Source of the DNA: Takakia lepidozioides
Taxonomy: Eukaryota; Plantae; Bryophyta
NCBI GenBank assembly: GCA_030704615.1
Contig: CM060733.1
Span: forward strand, 7,316,001-7,380,000
Length of the DNA stretch: 64,000 nt
Direction of reading: 5' to 3'
Shown here: piece after piece, positions 1 to 13,352 of the stretch
Layout of the letters: every line of letters begins with the position of its first letter
Numbering within the stretch: position 1 is the first letter of the stretch
Notes under the pieces: model-generated
The model's input: only the letters and a program-made list of their open reading frames with translations
Databases searched by the model: none
What the model was told of the DNA's origin: nothing
Made by a program: the position numbers and the translations under genes

Positions 1-486
1 AGAGAAGAGTATTTCACAGCAGATCCGGGTGTTTGGCACATGGACGACAGCAGCATTACCTCATCAATGCAGCGTACGTAGGTACCATCACAATCCACGC
101 TCACAATTGAAATCTATCCAGGGAAAGCGAGCCCTTATTATTAAGCTACTCATGTATGCGATGTTTTACAAAGCATGTCTGCGATGCAAAGCGCTGCACT
201 CTGTTTTGCTTTGTTACTTGCGGCGCCGGCCACGAAATACTCAGGCGGGCACCTCAGGCTTCTTCTTCTTCTTTTGTTAAGAAAAATATATATATACATT
301 TATTGGCTCCTCCCATCCCTGGCAAAACAATGTCAACTCCCTCTTACACCTTCCCCACATAACACCTGCCCTGAATGAACCTCTCCTCAGATTACAACAG
401 GGGTCCTGTAGTAAATTGCATATTCCATATTATTATTTAATGATTTTGATAGTAAATTAGATCTATTTTTCTTCACAATTTTAGAA

Positions 487-1182
487 GCCTCTCATTATAG
501 GATAATAGCGATTTCAATGCGCCTCTGGCCCGCAAATACGGCCGATGGGGTGAGCTCATGAACCCACCCCCCTTTCACCGGGTCTAGATTCTGAATTTGT
601 TCGAAGTCCTAGTTCTTTAAGGGCAGACCTTCTAGCGGACTGGCCAAACCCTCCAAGAGATTGACTCCAACTGGCGAGCAGACTGACCAACAGATTGGCG
701 ATTGGTGAGCAGACTGGCGAGCGGACTCACCAGCAAACTGGCGATTGACGAGCGGACTGACCGGCGAGCAGACTGACCAACAGACTCCAACTGGCGAGCG
801 CCTAACTCCAACCTTCAGACCCTCCTCAAACAAAATATATATTTATAATTAACACACATTACCGCCACAATATCACCTGCCAAGATTTGAACACCAGACC
901 TCACGTTCATCACAAGTTGCTCTTTACCACCACACACCCGCTACTTTCTATAAACCCTTCAAATAATTAATTATTTATCTACATATTTCACGTGTTTTGT
1001 GGGCCCAACAGACCCGCTCCCCCTCTCGCTTCCCCCTATGCGCGCCCCGAGGCGGCTCACCCGAGTATGTACCCCGCGGGTAGGAGGCACCCCACCCGCC
1101 GAGACCCCCTCTCCCACATGCGGGGCCCCACCACAATCACACGTGCCCGCATTGAAATCACTATTATCAAACAATGAGAGGC
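487..1182. mobile_element. Non-autonomous Mutator-like element (MITE) with ~35-bp TIRs and 9-bp TSD
   Basis: Left end GCCTCTCATTATAGGATAATAGCGATTTCAATGCG (487-521) is the near-perfect reverse complement of CGCATTGAAATCACTATTATCAAACAATGAGAGGC (1148-1182). Flanked by the direct repeat ATTTTAGAA (478-486 and 1183-1191). Internal short repeats CTGGCGAGCAGACTGACCAACAGA at ~670-800. Confidence 0.9.
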
Positions 1183-1716
1183 ATTTTAGAAGATCATACT
1201 TTTCTTTCTATTCATAAGTTCATCCCTAGGGCTGTAGGAGGATGAAGAAATTTGCAGCGCCATCTGATGCATCCAGGGCTAAGCCTGGTTAAAGGGTGCT
1301 GAAATTGCAAGCTTTCAATATGGGTGCAGAATTGTTTTGTTTCTCTTACAAGCTTGCCACGCACGCATCGTTACTCCGAAGGCACAATTGGGTCTTCCCA
1401 TGCCTCTATGGTACGAACCTCTTCTCATATCTTGCATACTTGGTTTTGATGCTTTCTAGTGACATGGTACAAGTTAGAACCACATTGTAACTCTGTCCTA
1501 GGTGAGTGTATTGTAACCCATGACATATTGTTTGATCAGAGGTTAATCCCTGGATATATCACGATGGCAATCACAGGTGTCCCAGATAGAACTATGTTCG
1601 TCACTTCCATGTTGATTGCAAGGGTGGGCGCCATTTTTGCTTGCGATGTCAGATTTGTACTCCGTAGCCACCTGGATAATAAACACTCTCAACTCTCTCA
1701 AGTTGAAAGAAGTACA

Positions 1717-1894
1717 AAAAACTTTTGTGTGAAATAATGAGAGCACCTGGTGTGGGGCTGTGCATTTTGTATCTTGAAAGTGTCACGCTTTTTCTTCCTA
1801 TCCTCTTGCGCTGTGGTTTCATTATGATAAGGTAGAGTTTACAAAATGCACAGCCCCACACCAGGTGCTCTCATTATTTCACACAAAAGTTTTT
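1717..1894. repeat. Perfect ~55-bp inverted repeat (hairpin) with 68-nt loop
   Basis: 1717-1771 AAAAACTTTTGTGTGAAATAATGAGAGCACCTGGTGTGGGGCTGTGCATTTTGTA is the reverse complement of 1840-1894. Confidence 0.9.
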
Positions 1895-1964
1895 GCCCAA
1901 GTTTTGAAATGGTGGTTTGTAGGTTTGGTCTGATGTTAACTTGGGGGTGTTGTGTTTGTGTAAT

Positions 1965-3742
1965 GGAAGGCACACAGCGGCTCCTTTGGCTTGTCGGGCT
2001 CTGTAGAGCTCTTGATATGATGCTGGTGTGCTTTTACTTCCATATATTCCATATTCCGTCTCATGAGATGGACTTGTATATGGGGTTTGCCTCAGCATTA
2101 AATTGCACCCATGCTTTGTGTAGTGAGTTGTAGGAATGTCATGTTTACCATATATGGCTGATGGCAGTTCTAGGCTTGAATAGCAATCACGGTATACCAG
2201 TAGTGAAGAAACAAATGAAGTCTGAAGTTGTGTCCTCTGAGGAGGCAAACAAGGCAGGGTTGATTGATGTCGTTGTCCCCCTCGAGGAGTTGGAGTCTGC
2301 AGCGCGTAAGTGAGCATTGGAGATAGCCTCAAGCAAGCACGCTCGGTGACGGCCGCTTGAGTTGATAGATCCCATGGGCTCCCAAGATGAGGCCCTCAAC
2401 GTGGTTTATAAACAAGCAAGAGTAGATGTGCAAAAAACTGATCGAAATGTGTCCCACCCCTTTCTGTGTTTGGATATAGTAGGAAAAGGCATCATCAAAG
2501 GGGCACTTGCTCGCACCCTGAAGGTTTGACTGAGTCATCCAGATGTCTTTTTTGCAGGAACTCTGGAGGATGTGTCTGTCTAGTATTGGGAAGACAGCAA
2601 AGAATATACCATGAGGTTGGGTCTCCTCTACTTTTACTTACTAGGGAGATAAATCTTTTCTTTCTCGGGAACAAGAATCCTAAAGGTTACCCTTGAAATT
2701 ATGGTTTCAGTGAATCCATTCATTTACAGCTCAGAAAGTGGTACGATTCTTCAGCAAGCAAATTTGTTGATCACAAACTAGCTGAACAACAATTTCGTCA
2801 AGGATTTTTTGAGTTGTGAAAATGGTTATCTGGAATTCACAAGTTGAATTTTTATGATCGTTTGTGGTCGCAGTTGTAGTGTACACATGAAATTTTACAT
2901 AGGTTTTGTCATGTTTGCAGGAAGAGGATATATCAGCAGATCTGGTTCATCCTCCCACAGCGAAGGGACTAATGCACATTTTTTTTGCTCAGAGGTCTAC
3001 TTTAAGGTATGTTCCCAATTTAGGTTTAAGCCTTCGAGGCTGAGGATCTTACAGCCTCCAAAAATAGCCTGCTGATTCTATTTTTTCAGACTTAAGCAAT
3101 GTGTGAAAAGGCTTTCTAGGTAATAATGAAGTTTTGTTCTTCAATCAAATGTAGCACTTGTGGACATATTGCAACTGCCGTTATCCTTAGTGGGATGTCC
3201 ATATATTTGAAGGAAATCAACCCAGAGTTTCTAGAAGTTGGGATTCACCGCATCAAAGATAATGACCCATTTTCCACAAGTGTATTGAGTCAAGTAGCGA
3301 AAGAGAATGTACTCATGAGACATTGTTTGTTGTAGCCTTATGGCCATATATCCCAGCACAGATTAGGCAGATAGGCGAGAACAGCGAGAGAGAGAGACAG
3401 AGAGAGACACACACACTCCTTACATCATGCACTGACTTATGTAAACCAGTGAAGCATCACTGTGCTCTATCTTCTCAGTGTTCCGTGCTTTAAGATGATT
3501 TTGACTAATTGCAGTCTTTAATAGAAGTCCAACAGGTCTTCTTTGTGGACTGCAAAGCATGTGGTCAAATTGTTGCTGCCTGGCTCAACTACTGATCTTA
3601 CGTACTCGGTGTAATTGACAGAGAACTTGAAGATCCGAATGGGCAAGGGTGGGATGACTGAAGCCAAAATGCAGAAGACTCTCAGCCTAGTGACTGGCAC
3701 TCTGGATTATGCAGACTTCCATAATGTCGAATCGTCATTGAG
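1965..3742 (+). pseudogene. MFP: Peroxisomal fatty-acid beta-oxidation multifunctional protein (AIM1/MFP2-like) pseudogene, intron-containing, partial
   Basis: Collinear exons: GTQRLLWLVGLCRALDMML (~1968-2026); SEEANKAGLIDVVVP..ARK*ALEIA..HPFLCLDIVGKGII (~2190-2523, two in-frame TGA); TAKGLMHIFFAQRST (~2921-3007); GHIATAVILSGMSIYLKEINPEFL (~3160-3259); KTLSLVTGTLDYADF (~3622-3742). These match the hydratase and 3-hydroxyacyl-CoA dehydrogenase N-terminal parts of plant MFPs. The GxGxxG motif is lost and no C-terminal exons were recognised. Confidence 0.85.
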
Positions 3743-6386
3743 GTTCATTTCTCTCGAGAAATTATGTTGTAAATTGGTCTTTTTCTGATGCACTAACTGA
3801 TGGATATGCTTGGTGTTCTGGGGCCTTGGCATTGGTTCTCTTACCCAGTTCATTGTCTTCCTTCCTCCTATAAGTTCTCAATCCTTTCGTGATGGAGTGG
3901 TGCTGCGCTTTGTTTCATTATATTTAGGTGGTAGTTAACTGGTGAGCCTTTGTATCATCTAATCCTTGCATGTGTTGATGTGATTATCTGGCACTGCAAG
4001 GATTTTATGTGTTTCCACAGCCCTGTTAAGATGTTTTTGCTAACCCAGTGTACAATGTACGGTTTATATTGTGTCATATGAGATGTTGTGACTCTTCTCC
4101 CTTGTAGAGTAATATATTAGAAGGCAGTTTCCATGGGATGCTGGGTACATTTGAATGACATATATTGGCTTTTGGTAAACCTTGCAGGTTTGTGCTGTGC
4201 TGGTGCAACTTCTAGAACTGCAACCCAGTGTTTTACAGGTATAAACTTGTAAATAAGGTGGCACCACAATTCATCAAAGATAACGTCACCATATAGCACT
4301 CTACTGCCAGAGCTTCCTTATCATTGGAGAATGTCACTGGGAAAGTGTTCCTTGCGAGATGTGTTCTCAATGAAGTTGGACTTTTGCCTCTAGATAGGGT
4401 TTGAGCTCCTGCATGGTCCCCTGATATGAACTATGCTCCACCTATAGACTGAAGTAGATGACATGTGTGAGGCGGGGCTGGCCCAACACAGACATATGTT
4501 AGTCACCACACCAATTGTGAATCGGGACTTAGGATCAGGTCCTGATTTTGATGTTGGAGATTATGGTGTACTTTCTCGCCTTTGAGTTTTTGACGTCGGG
4601 GTCCCCCTCCATCATCACCGAAGGTTCACAGGTACATTACATTTGCTAGGACAAGATGATTGGGATGGTTTTTCTTGCAGTCTAGTGTCAAGTTGTCGTA
4701 GTTTAATGTGGAATCACCATTAATTATACATCATGTGCAACAACTACTGGTTGGCAGGGAGGGCCATGGCGGAGGAAAGCAACGGAGTTGGATGGAAATA
4801 TGGATGCACAAGAACTTCCCTGGTGGTGTATTGAGTGTGTACTACGTAGCTGTCTGCCTCCACCAAGTACTTTCTGTTAGGGTTCCTATGCTGCATTTTT
4901 ACAGCTTGCCCTTTTGTTTGATTGATGGCTTCAAATATTACTTGTTGTACCATGTGACCTCTTGTGGGCCCTTTACGTAGTTAAACGCGCACTTCACCAA
5001 CTGCGGCTAGACAGTGAGAGGTGTTGTTCTATGTCCTTCTTTTTTTTTCATGAAAGTGAGTGAAAGCAGGAATTGACCATGTCCAACTGCACTTCTACCA
5101 ACTATGGTCAAGTAAGATGAATGATATGGTCTCATGTGTTCCTCATCATTGAAGGTATGCAATCAACAATGAAATAAACAAGTGAAAATGAACATAGCAT
5201 GCTTATAGAAGACTCAGTGGTGCTGGCAGTGCAGGAGGCGAGCACTCAGAGAGCTGCAGGCACTGGCAGCTGTAGGTGAGTTGCCTTCACTAATGTGGTG
5301 GTGGAGGAAACTGGTGGTTTAAGTTAAGAATCCTTGTTTGTTCTAGGATATCAATGAGAAGCTGGTTGGTAAGATGGATTGTTGGCCATGATATCACAAG
5401 ATTCTCCATAGTCATTTGGAAGTTTCTGTTCTCTAGGCTATCAAGGTTGTAGCCAAGGGGCAAGCAAACAAATTGATCTACGTCTAACCAATGTGTTGTC
5501 CCTTGGACTTGGCTCAAATTTTCAACTACTACATGTGTACGTTGTGATTGGATGGCTCTCACAGCAGTAATGGAGGTACACCATATTTATCAATCTTTAA
5601 TTTTGGTTTATATCTTTTCTTAAATGAATGTAAAAGAATATTTTATTTTAGATATTTAATCATTAAAGGATTTTTCATGTCTAGTTATATCCACATTTTT
5701 CCAACTTCTCAAGACCTTTAGGTTTTTCAGATCTCAGATCCCTCCAGGTCCCTTAAGATCCATCAATTTATATACAATCAAGAACTAATTGTTTTACAAA
5801 TAAGTTAATTTAATTTGAATATGTCAAGTTTTTTTTTTATAAAAGTCTTTATAGTATTGATATTTTCAATCTTTATAAGTTAATATAATTTTATGATATA
5901 TTATAAAATCATTTTGTTGTTGATTTGTTGTTAATTTTTTGAAGTTGTTAGATATAAAAGACTATAATTAATCAGTATATTTAATCTATAAAATAAAATA
6001 CTCATATTTATTAATCGTATTTTTTAAATTTTATTTTATCTTTTTTAAATACGTTTTGGTGATTTTTTTATTTTAGATATTTTTTTATTGAGGGATTTTT
6101 CAGTCTAGTAATATCCACAATTTTCAACTTTTCAAAACCTCAAGTTTTTTTCAGATCTTAGGTTTTTTGGATCCATCAATTTATATACCATTTCACACTA
6201 ACACGTTGCAAAATCAATTTTCAGATACGTTTTATATTATTTTAACAATTTTTATAATATTATTTACAATTTACAATTCTAACTCATGATGATCTATATT
6301 TTCATGTTTTATTATTAATCATATATGTTTTCCTCACATTTTTTACATAATTACGGTAAACCATAAACCTCCAACATTATCATTAA

Positions 6387-9300
6387 CTAGGGTAGCCTGT
6401 GACGTTGGCCCAAGTGTCCAGTGTCCTCGAAGTCCAAGTGCAATCCCCTATGTATCTAGAGACTAGGCTCCTATTTGGCCTAGGGTAGCCTGAAGACTCT
6501 ATCCGTCTTTCCTCCTTCCTGCGCCATTGGCCCATGTGTTAAGAATTAAAATCTAAGTCCAAGTGCAATCCCCTATGTATTCAAGTAGCGTCTCCTATGT
6601 CAAGGCCCATGTATAAAGAATTGAAATCTAAGCCCAAGTGCAATTTCTTATGTATCCAAGTGGGTCTCCTATGTCGAGGCCCAAGTGCGACCTCTAGTGT
6701 AGCCTATGCCTTTGGCCCATGTGTGAAGAATTGAAATCTAAGCCCAACTGCAATCTTCTATTCATGTATCCAAGTGCATCTCCCATGTACATGCCCAAGT
6801 GTCTAGTGTCATCTAAGTCCAAGTGCAATCCCATATCTAATCATTTTTTTTTCCAGAGAGCCTACGACCAGATTTGAACCGGAGACCTTTCCCGTAATAT
6901 CTCTCCCGTCGAGGCTCCAAACATTGTCCTATGAATGCCCACTTTGCCATTTTTGCTATTTTTTGTGCAATACAGTGACCCCACTGTTTGGGAGATCTAG
7001 GGTAACATGTGTGAAGAATTGAATCTAAGCCCAAGTGCAATCTCCTATATATCCATGTGCATCTCCCATGTAGAGGCCCAAGTGCGACCTCCAGTGTCCA
7101 ATGTCATCTGAGTCCAAGTGCAATCCCAATGCCCACTTTGTTATTTTTGCAATCTCCCTTGTCGAGGCTTTATATATTGATTTATCCACTTTGCTATTTT
7201 TCACGAATTTCTAGCGACCAAAAGTACTTAAAATTCCCAATCTCCCACATGAAGGGCCAATCATTGCTCCAAGAAAGCCCACTTTGCGATTTTTCACGAA
7301 TTTCCAGCGACCAAAAGTACTTGAAATTCGATATCTCCCACACTGCGGGTCCAAAAATTATGAGACCAAGCCGGTGCACCCCTCCTCATCGAGGGCTTTC
7401 CAACGGTATCAAGCACCAGGGCTGGCCCCCCGTAGTTTGGGAGATCTCAACGACGCTACAAACAAACAAACAAACAAATCGTCTTAATTCATATATTGAC
7501 TAGGGTAGCCTGTACCGTTGGCCCCAAGTGTCCAATGCCATCTAAGCCCAAGTGCAATCTTCTATAAATCCAAGTGCGCCTCCGATATCGAGGCCCAAGT
7601 GCGACCTCTAGGGTAGCCTCTACTGTTGGCCCATATGTGAAGAATTGAAATCTGAGTCCAAGTGCAATTTCCGAATGTATTCCAGTGTGTCTCCTACGTC
7701 AAGGCCCATCTAAGTCCAAATGCAATCTTCTATGTATCCAAGTGCATCTCTCGTGTAGAGGCCCGAGTGTCCACTGTCATCTTAGTCCAAGTTCAATCCC
7801 ATATGTTGAGATCTAAATGCGACCTCTAGGGTAGCCTCTGCGGTAAGTATCAAGTATCAGTGTAGATCTTCTATGTATCAAAGTGTCAAGGCCCAAATGC
7901 AACCTCTAGGGTAGCCTGTGCCATTGGCCCAAGTGTCCAGTGTCATCTAAGTCCAAGTGCAATCCCCTATGTATTAAAGTGCGTTTCCTATGTCCAGGCC
8001 CAAATGCAACCTCTAGGGTAGCCTTTGCCGTTGGCCCAAGTGTCCAATGTCATCTAAGTAAGTTTTTTTCCACAGAGCCTACGACCAGATTTGAACCGGA
8101 GACCTTTCCCTTGATATCTCCAAGTGCTATCCCTAAGTGTGTCTCTAGGGTAGCTTGTGCCGTTGGCCCAAATGCCCAGTGTCATCTAAGCCCGAGTGCA
8201 AGATCTCATATGTATCCCAGTGCGTCTCCTAAGTGAGGCCCAAGTGCGACCTCTAGGATATCCTGTGTCGTTGGCCCAAGTGTCCACTGTCATCTAAGTA
8301 ATCTAAGTCTAGTGATTTAGCCATATCTAATTTTTTTTTTCACATAGCCTATGACCAAATTTGAACCGGAGACCTCTCCCTTGTTGTCTCTCCCGTCAAG
8401 GTTCCAACCATTCTCCCAGGAATGGCCACTTTGCTATTTTTCCCGAATTTCCAACGGCCCAATGTCATCTAAGTAAGTTTTTTTTTCCACAGAGCCTACG
8501 ACCAGATTTGAACCGGAGACCTTTCCCTTGATATCTCTCCTGTCGAGGCTCCAACCATTGTCCCATGAATGCCCACTTTGCCATTTTTGCTATAATTTTT
8601 TGTGAATTTCCAACGACCAAAAGTACTTAGAATCCCACATCTCCCTTACCGCTTGTCCAAAAATCATGAGACCAAGCCGGTGCACCCATCCTCGTCGAGG
8701 GCTTTCCAACAGCACCAAGCACTTGCGTTGGGTCCCGTGGTTTGGGAGATCTCAATGACGCTACAAAACAAAACAAAACAAACGTCTCGCTTCATATATT
8801 GACTAGGGTAGCCTGTGCCATTGGCCCAAGTGTCCAGTGTCATCTAAGTCCAAGTGCAATCCCCTATGTATCTAGAGACCCTCCTGTTTGGGAGATCTAG
8901 GCCTAGGGTAGCCTGCGCCATTGGCCCATGTGTTAAGAATTGAAATCTAAGGCCAAGTGCAATCCCCTATGTATTCAAGTAGCGTCTCCTATGTAAAGGC
9001 CCATGTGTGAAGAATTGAAATCTAAGCCCAAGTGCAATTTCTTGTGTATCCAAGTGGGTCTCCTATGTCGAGGCCCAAGTGCGACCTCTAGTGTAGCCTA
9101 TGCCGTTGGCCCATGTGTGAAGAATAGAAATCTAAACCCAACTGCAATCTTCTATTCATGTATCCAAATGCATCTCCCATGTACAGGCCCAAGTGTCATC
9201 TAAGTCCAAGTGCAATCCCATATCTAATCATTTTTTTTTTCCAGAGAGCCTACGACCAGATTTGAACTGGAGACCTTTCCCTTGATATCCATGAATGCCC

Positions 9301-10169
9301 ACTTTGCCATTTTTGCTATTTTTTGTGAATTTCCAGCGACCAAAAGCACTTGGAATTCCAGATCTCCCACACCGCGGGTCCAAAAATCATGAGACCAAGC
9401 CGATGCACCCCTCCTCATCGAGGGCTTTCCAACGGCACCAAGCACCCGCGCCGGGGCCCCGCGGTTTGGGAGATCTCAACGACGCTACAAAACAAAACAA
9501 AACAAACGTCTCGCTTCATGTATTGATAGGGTAGCCTGTGTCGTGGCCCAAGTGCCCAGTGTCATCTAAGACCAAGTGCAATTTCTTATGTATCCCAATG
9601 CGTCTCGTATGTCGAGGCCCAAATGCGACCTCTAGTGTAGCCTATGTCGTTGGCCCATATGTGAAAAACTGAAATCTAAGCCCAAGTGCAATCTTCTATT
9701 CATGTATCCAAGTGCATCTCCCATGTAGAGACCCAAGTGTGACTTCCAGTGTCCACTGCATGAATCCCCAATGTATCCAAAGGCCTATAGTTTGGGAGAT
9801 CTGTATGTCATTGCCCACTTTGTTATTTTTGAAATCTCCCCTGTCGAGGCTTCATATATTGATATATCCACTTTGCTATTTTTTGCAAATTTCCAGCGAC
9901 CAAAAGTACTTGAAATTCGAAATCTCCCACATGAAGGGCCAATCATTGCCAGGAAAGCCCACTTTGCTTTTTCTCGAATTTCCAACGACCCAAAGCACTT
10001 GAAATTCCAGATCTCCCACACCGCTGGCCCAAAAATCATGAGACCAAGCCGGTGCATCCCTCCTCATTGAGGGCTTTCCAATGACACCAAGCGCCCGCGC
10101 TGGGCCCCGCGGTTTGGGAGATCTCAACGACGCTACAAAACAAAACAAACGTCTCGCTTCATGTATTGA
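6387..10169 (-). mobile_element. Tandem array of four non-autonomous Helitron-like units (6387-7499, 7500-8802, 8803-9526, 9527-10169)
   Basis: On the minus strand the array starts A|TC at 10169 and ends CTAG|T at 6387, with an imperfect hairpin (CTTGGGCC-AAC-GGCACAGG-like) 5 nt before CTAG. Internal junctions read TATTGA|CTAGGGTAGCC on + (CTAG|TC on -) at 7499/7500 and 8802/8803, and TATTGA|TAGGGTAG at 9526/9527. No TSD. Confidence 0.8.
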
Positions 10170-11359
10170 TTATTTTTTATCTTCTCTAAAAAAGCTCATT
10201 GATAATATCCCACATTTATGTCCAACAATAATAATAGGAGAACCCCCTATTCTATATATACATATATGAGATTTTAATGTAGATCTCGTACATACCGTGA
10301 CAGCAAATCAATTGCAAAAATTCATGTTTTTTTTTTCACATGCAACTCCAATTCTCAATTGTCTGAAGCTCATAAATGTTGGTTGACCCTTGTTTAAGCT
10401 CTTCCAAAGTGTGGAATCAGGAGGAGAGCCCAACTCATCACGGCCTTCTAGAGTTCTTGGGTAAAAAGTGGGGTGGTCTGCATGAGAACATCGGATACCA
10501 AAGTCAAGTGGGAAAAATCTCTTCCACCCTGTTGGCAGCTCAGTTTGCGCTTGCATTTCTCCCTTGGGGTCTGATGAAGCTGAAGTCAACTGGAGACCCC
10601 AAAAGCGTAGCCTTAGAAAGGGGAAATCGAAAGCTCAACTCTCATTTGGGGCTCCTAAAAAGAAAGGGGTAGCATGTAGTTCTCTGCTATGTTCTTCTGG
10701 TAAAGCCTTCGGAGTAACTTGGAGTTTAGGCTCTTGTAGTTCTGAATGCTTTGTAGAATATGTGACCCCTCTTGCAAAGGCTGGCTCTTGCCATCTTCTC
10801 TGGCTCTTTCTCCCTCCTTGAATTTTCTCCTCTGTGTTTCTGGCTCAGAGTGGAACTTCAATCATCTGCCCTGATGGCTCTTTGTAAGGTTATTTTTTCC
10901 TTACCTTATTAATAAAGTTTCCATGGCCATTGCCCCTTGTTCTCAAAATTGTTTTTCAAAAAACAAATTAGTACTATTATTTATGAATCTCAACTAGACT
11001 ATGTTTGGACAAATGCACCTCACCAACACTGCATATCTAGCATTACAAAAGCATATTGGACGGACCATAAACTTGTATTTATTGCTTTTAAATTACGTAA
11101 CTATATTCCTTACTACCAACATATATCATCATCATAATACTCTAATAGGTAGTCACTATAAGGAGGAGCCATTACGCGACGAGCCGCTTGTTTGAAGGGA
11201 AACACTTGGGAGCGGCAGCTCACAAATCAGGCCCCTTAATTATAGTGAGGGGAAAAAATAACCTCTTTCATGGTAACCTCGCCGTGAGGCACAGAGCACA
11301 AGGCTCTAGGGACACATCCCAAGGGAAAGGGGAGAAGATTATACGTCCACACCTAACAA

Positions 11360-11427
11360 GGTCGCTGGATTTGAACCCAAAGTCACCTGGGTGGCACTCA
11401 ATGGCTCTATCCAACTCAGCTACCGAC
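11360..11427 (-). mobile_element. tRNA-derived SINE-like head (Pol III A and B boxes)
   Basis: Minus strand reads GGTAGCTGAGTTGGATAGAGC...GGGTTCAAATCC (A box then B box) without a complete cloverleaf. Confidence 0.5.
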
Positions 11428-11699
11428 TTCTTCTCTTTCACTTAACTTTGAAAGAAAAGCATCGAAATTGGAAAAGGAAAATGCCAGTGTTGTGTGGGTA
11501 ACTTATAGATTTTTGCTTACCCTCCGGGTAAGGATAAATAGAAATCAGATGATTATTTATCCTTGGGGTAAGGATAAATTAATATGTTCATTTGTTTACC
11601 CTATGCATAAAAGATAAATGCCAATATTTTTGACCGGATAAGGATAAATGATCCTTTATATACCTGTAGGATAAATAAAGGATATATTGAAAGAAAGAA

Positions 11700-11701
<2 letters not shown>

Positions 11702-11741
<40 letters not shown>
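11702..11741. repeat. (AT)n microsatellite
   Basis: Uninterrupted AT dinucleotide run of about 40 nt. Confidence 0.95.
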
Positions 11742-11744
<3 letters not shown>

Positions 11745-11809
11745 TGATATGCTCAACTCAAAAATATAGATGTCCAAATTCAAACACATGATCTGCATAA
11801 GCTAGTTAC

Positions 11810-13352
11810 AAAATTTCGTGCCTTGATTTTTCAATATTTCCTAGGGACAACCATGCAATGATGTCAATGAAGAACAATTGAGCCACTACATCTGCCTCCT
11901 TAGGAGCCCAGGGTTGAACCTCAACCCATTTAGACAAGTAATCAGTTTACTACAACGAGATAGCAATGCCCCTTGATCATAGGATTGAGTGGCCCAACTA
12001 AATCTAAACCCACTCTGGCAAATGGTTCAATTACTGGAATGGACTGAAGTGAAGGTTGGACTCTAGGAAGCAAGGTCTTTAGCATGGCATTCCACACATT
12101 TGGAAACATAATCCGTGACATCATGAACCATCCCCTTCTAGAAATACTGCTCCTGCAATCTCTTCAAGGTATAAGTGATGCCTAGGTGCCCGGAAAAAGC
12201 AGATGCATGATAAATCTCAAGCAATTCTGAAACTGAATCCCTATTATGAATCTCCAAGGCATGAACACCACCTTCCAAGATAGTTCTCTTGAACAACTTG
12301 CCTTCACATTCCTAATGATAAGGAAAATTATAATCGACTTGCTGTTGAGTAGCCTTGGTGATGCCCTGTAATTGAGTGCCGGTCTTACACTTATGGAGCA
12401 GAGCCGAATGTAGATGATTCTCCATACCTGAACTTAACATGAACAGCAAAGCAGTGGGTTAACAAGAGAACTCAAGAGTGTCTGCCCCAGTGATCTTCAT
12501 AGTATGTTACCTCGTACCACATCTGAATTCTGATCTATGGAAGGGACAGGCAGGCCATTGAAGCACAAGTACCTAAGAGGAATAATAGATCATAACATGC
12601 ATGTATGTAAGGAAAAAGGACACCCCTAAGCTAGGAAGCTACACCCACTATGAAAGTTGAATATCAGATTTGTTGCACACCATCACCCCCAAGACATCAG
12701 CCAACATCATAAGTCATGAGATCCCAAGTGTCCAACAAATCAATTGGATGTGGGATCTCATCAAGAAGTCTGCAAAACAGTAGCTGGTCAGCAGATGAAG
12801 CAGAAGCAATCACTGGTGGAGATATACTGAGAAGATCATGAAGAGTTGAAAAAAGAGTAAGAACTTTGGTTTCACCCCGAGTTAATGCATCATCATTACC
12901 ATTCTCCTTCTTTTTTTGGTAAACCACATCATACTCAAAACAATATAATAAAAGTGACCATTTGGCTGATCTGCCAGATAATTCACGAGGCGTTTTCAAG
13001 GCTTTGAGTGGCATTGGTGATCTGTCTCAACCACAAAAAGGCACCCAATGTGTAAGAACTGACGAAAATGTTTAATACAAAAAATGACTGCGAAGCCCTC
13101 TTTGTCAGTTATACTATATTTTCTCTCATGCTTATCCAACCTTCGGGATGCATAAGCAATCACATGCTCATGACCATCCCTACGCTGGCTGAGAATTGCT
13201 GAAACAGCAAGGTCACTAGCATCCGTCTACAGCAAGAAAAGAAGGGGGAAATCAGGAAAAATAAGAATTGGAACTGAAGTCAGGGCAATCTTTAGCTTTT
13301 CAAAGGCTGTTGCCTCAGCCTTACACCACTGAAACTTCACATCTTTGCCTCC
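11810..13352 (-). mobile_element. Ty3/Gypsy LTR retrotransposon pol remnant (RT connection, RNase H, integrase)
   Basis: Fragments FQWCKAEATAFEKLKIALTSVPILIFPDF, DASDLAVSAILSQ..VIAYASRRL..KYSITDKEGFAV, SGRSAKWSLLL..YDVVY, H..SGHLG..C..C and EPFARVGLDLVGPL, in Gypsy order, with stops and frameshifts. Confidence 0.85.

Noticed and set aside
4064-5562. Short minus-strand ORFs between the MFP pseudogene and the AT-rich block
   Set aside because: No recognisable domains; likely decayed repeat sequence.
6387-10169. CRISPR-like appearance of recurring short motifs
   Set aside because: Intervening sequences are themselves repeated, spacing is irregular, no cas genes are present and the context is eukaryotic.
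6837-10269. Many 60-150 aa ORFs (e.g. MRPSRCTPPHRGLS...) in the repeat array
   Set aside because: They are translations of the non-coding Helitron-derived repeat; frames are not conserved between units.
10308-10589. ELPTGW motif suggesting a WW domain
   Set aside because: The rest of the WW pattern is missing and no gene structure could be built.
11360-11427. Possible tRNA gene
   Set aside because: Only A and B boxes are evident, with no convincing acceptor or anticodon stems; treated as a SINE-like head.
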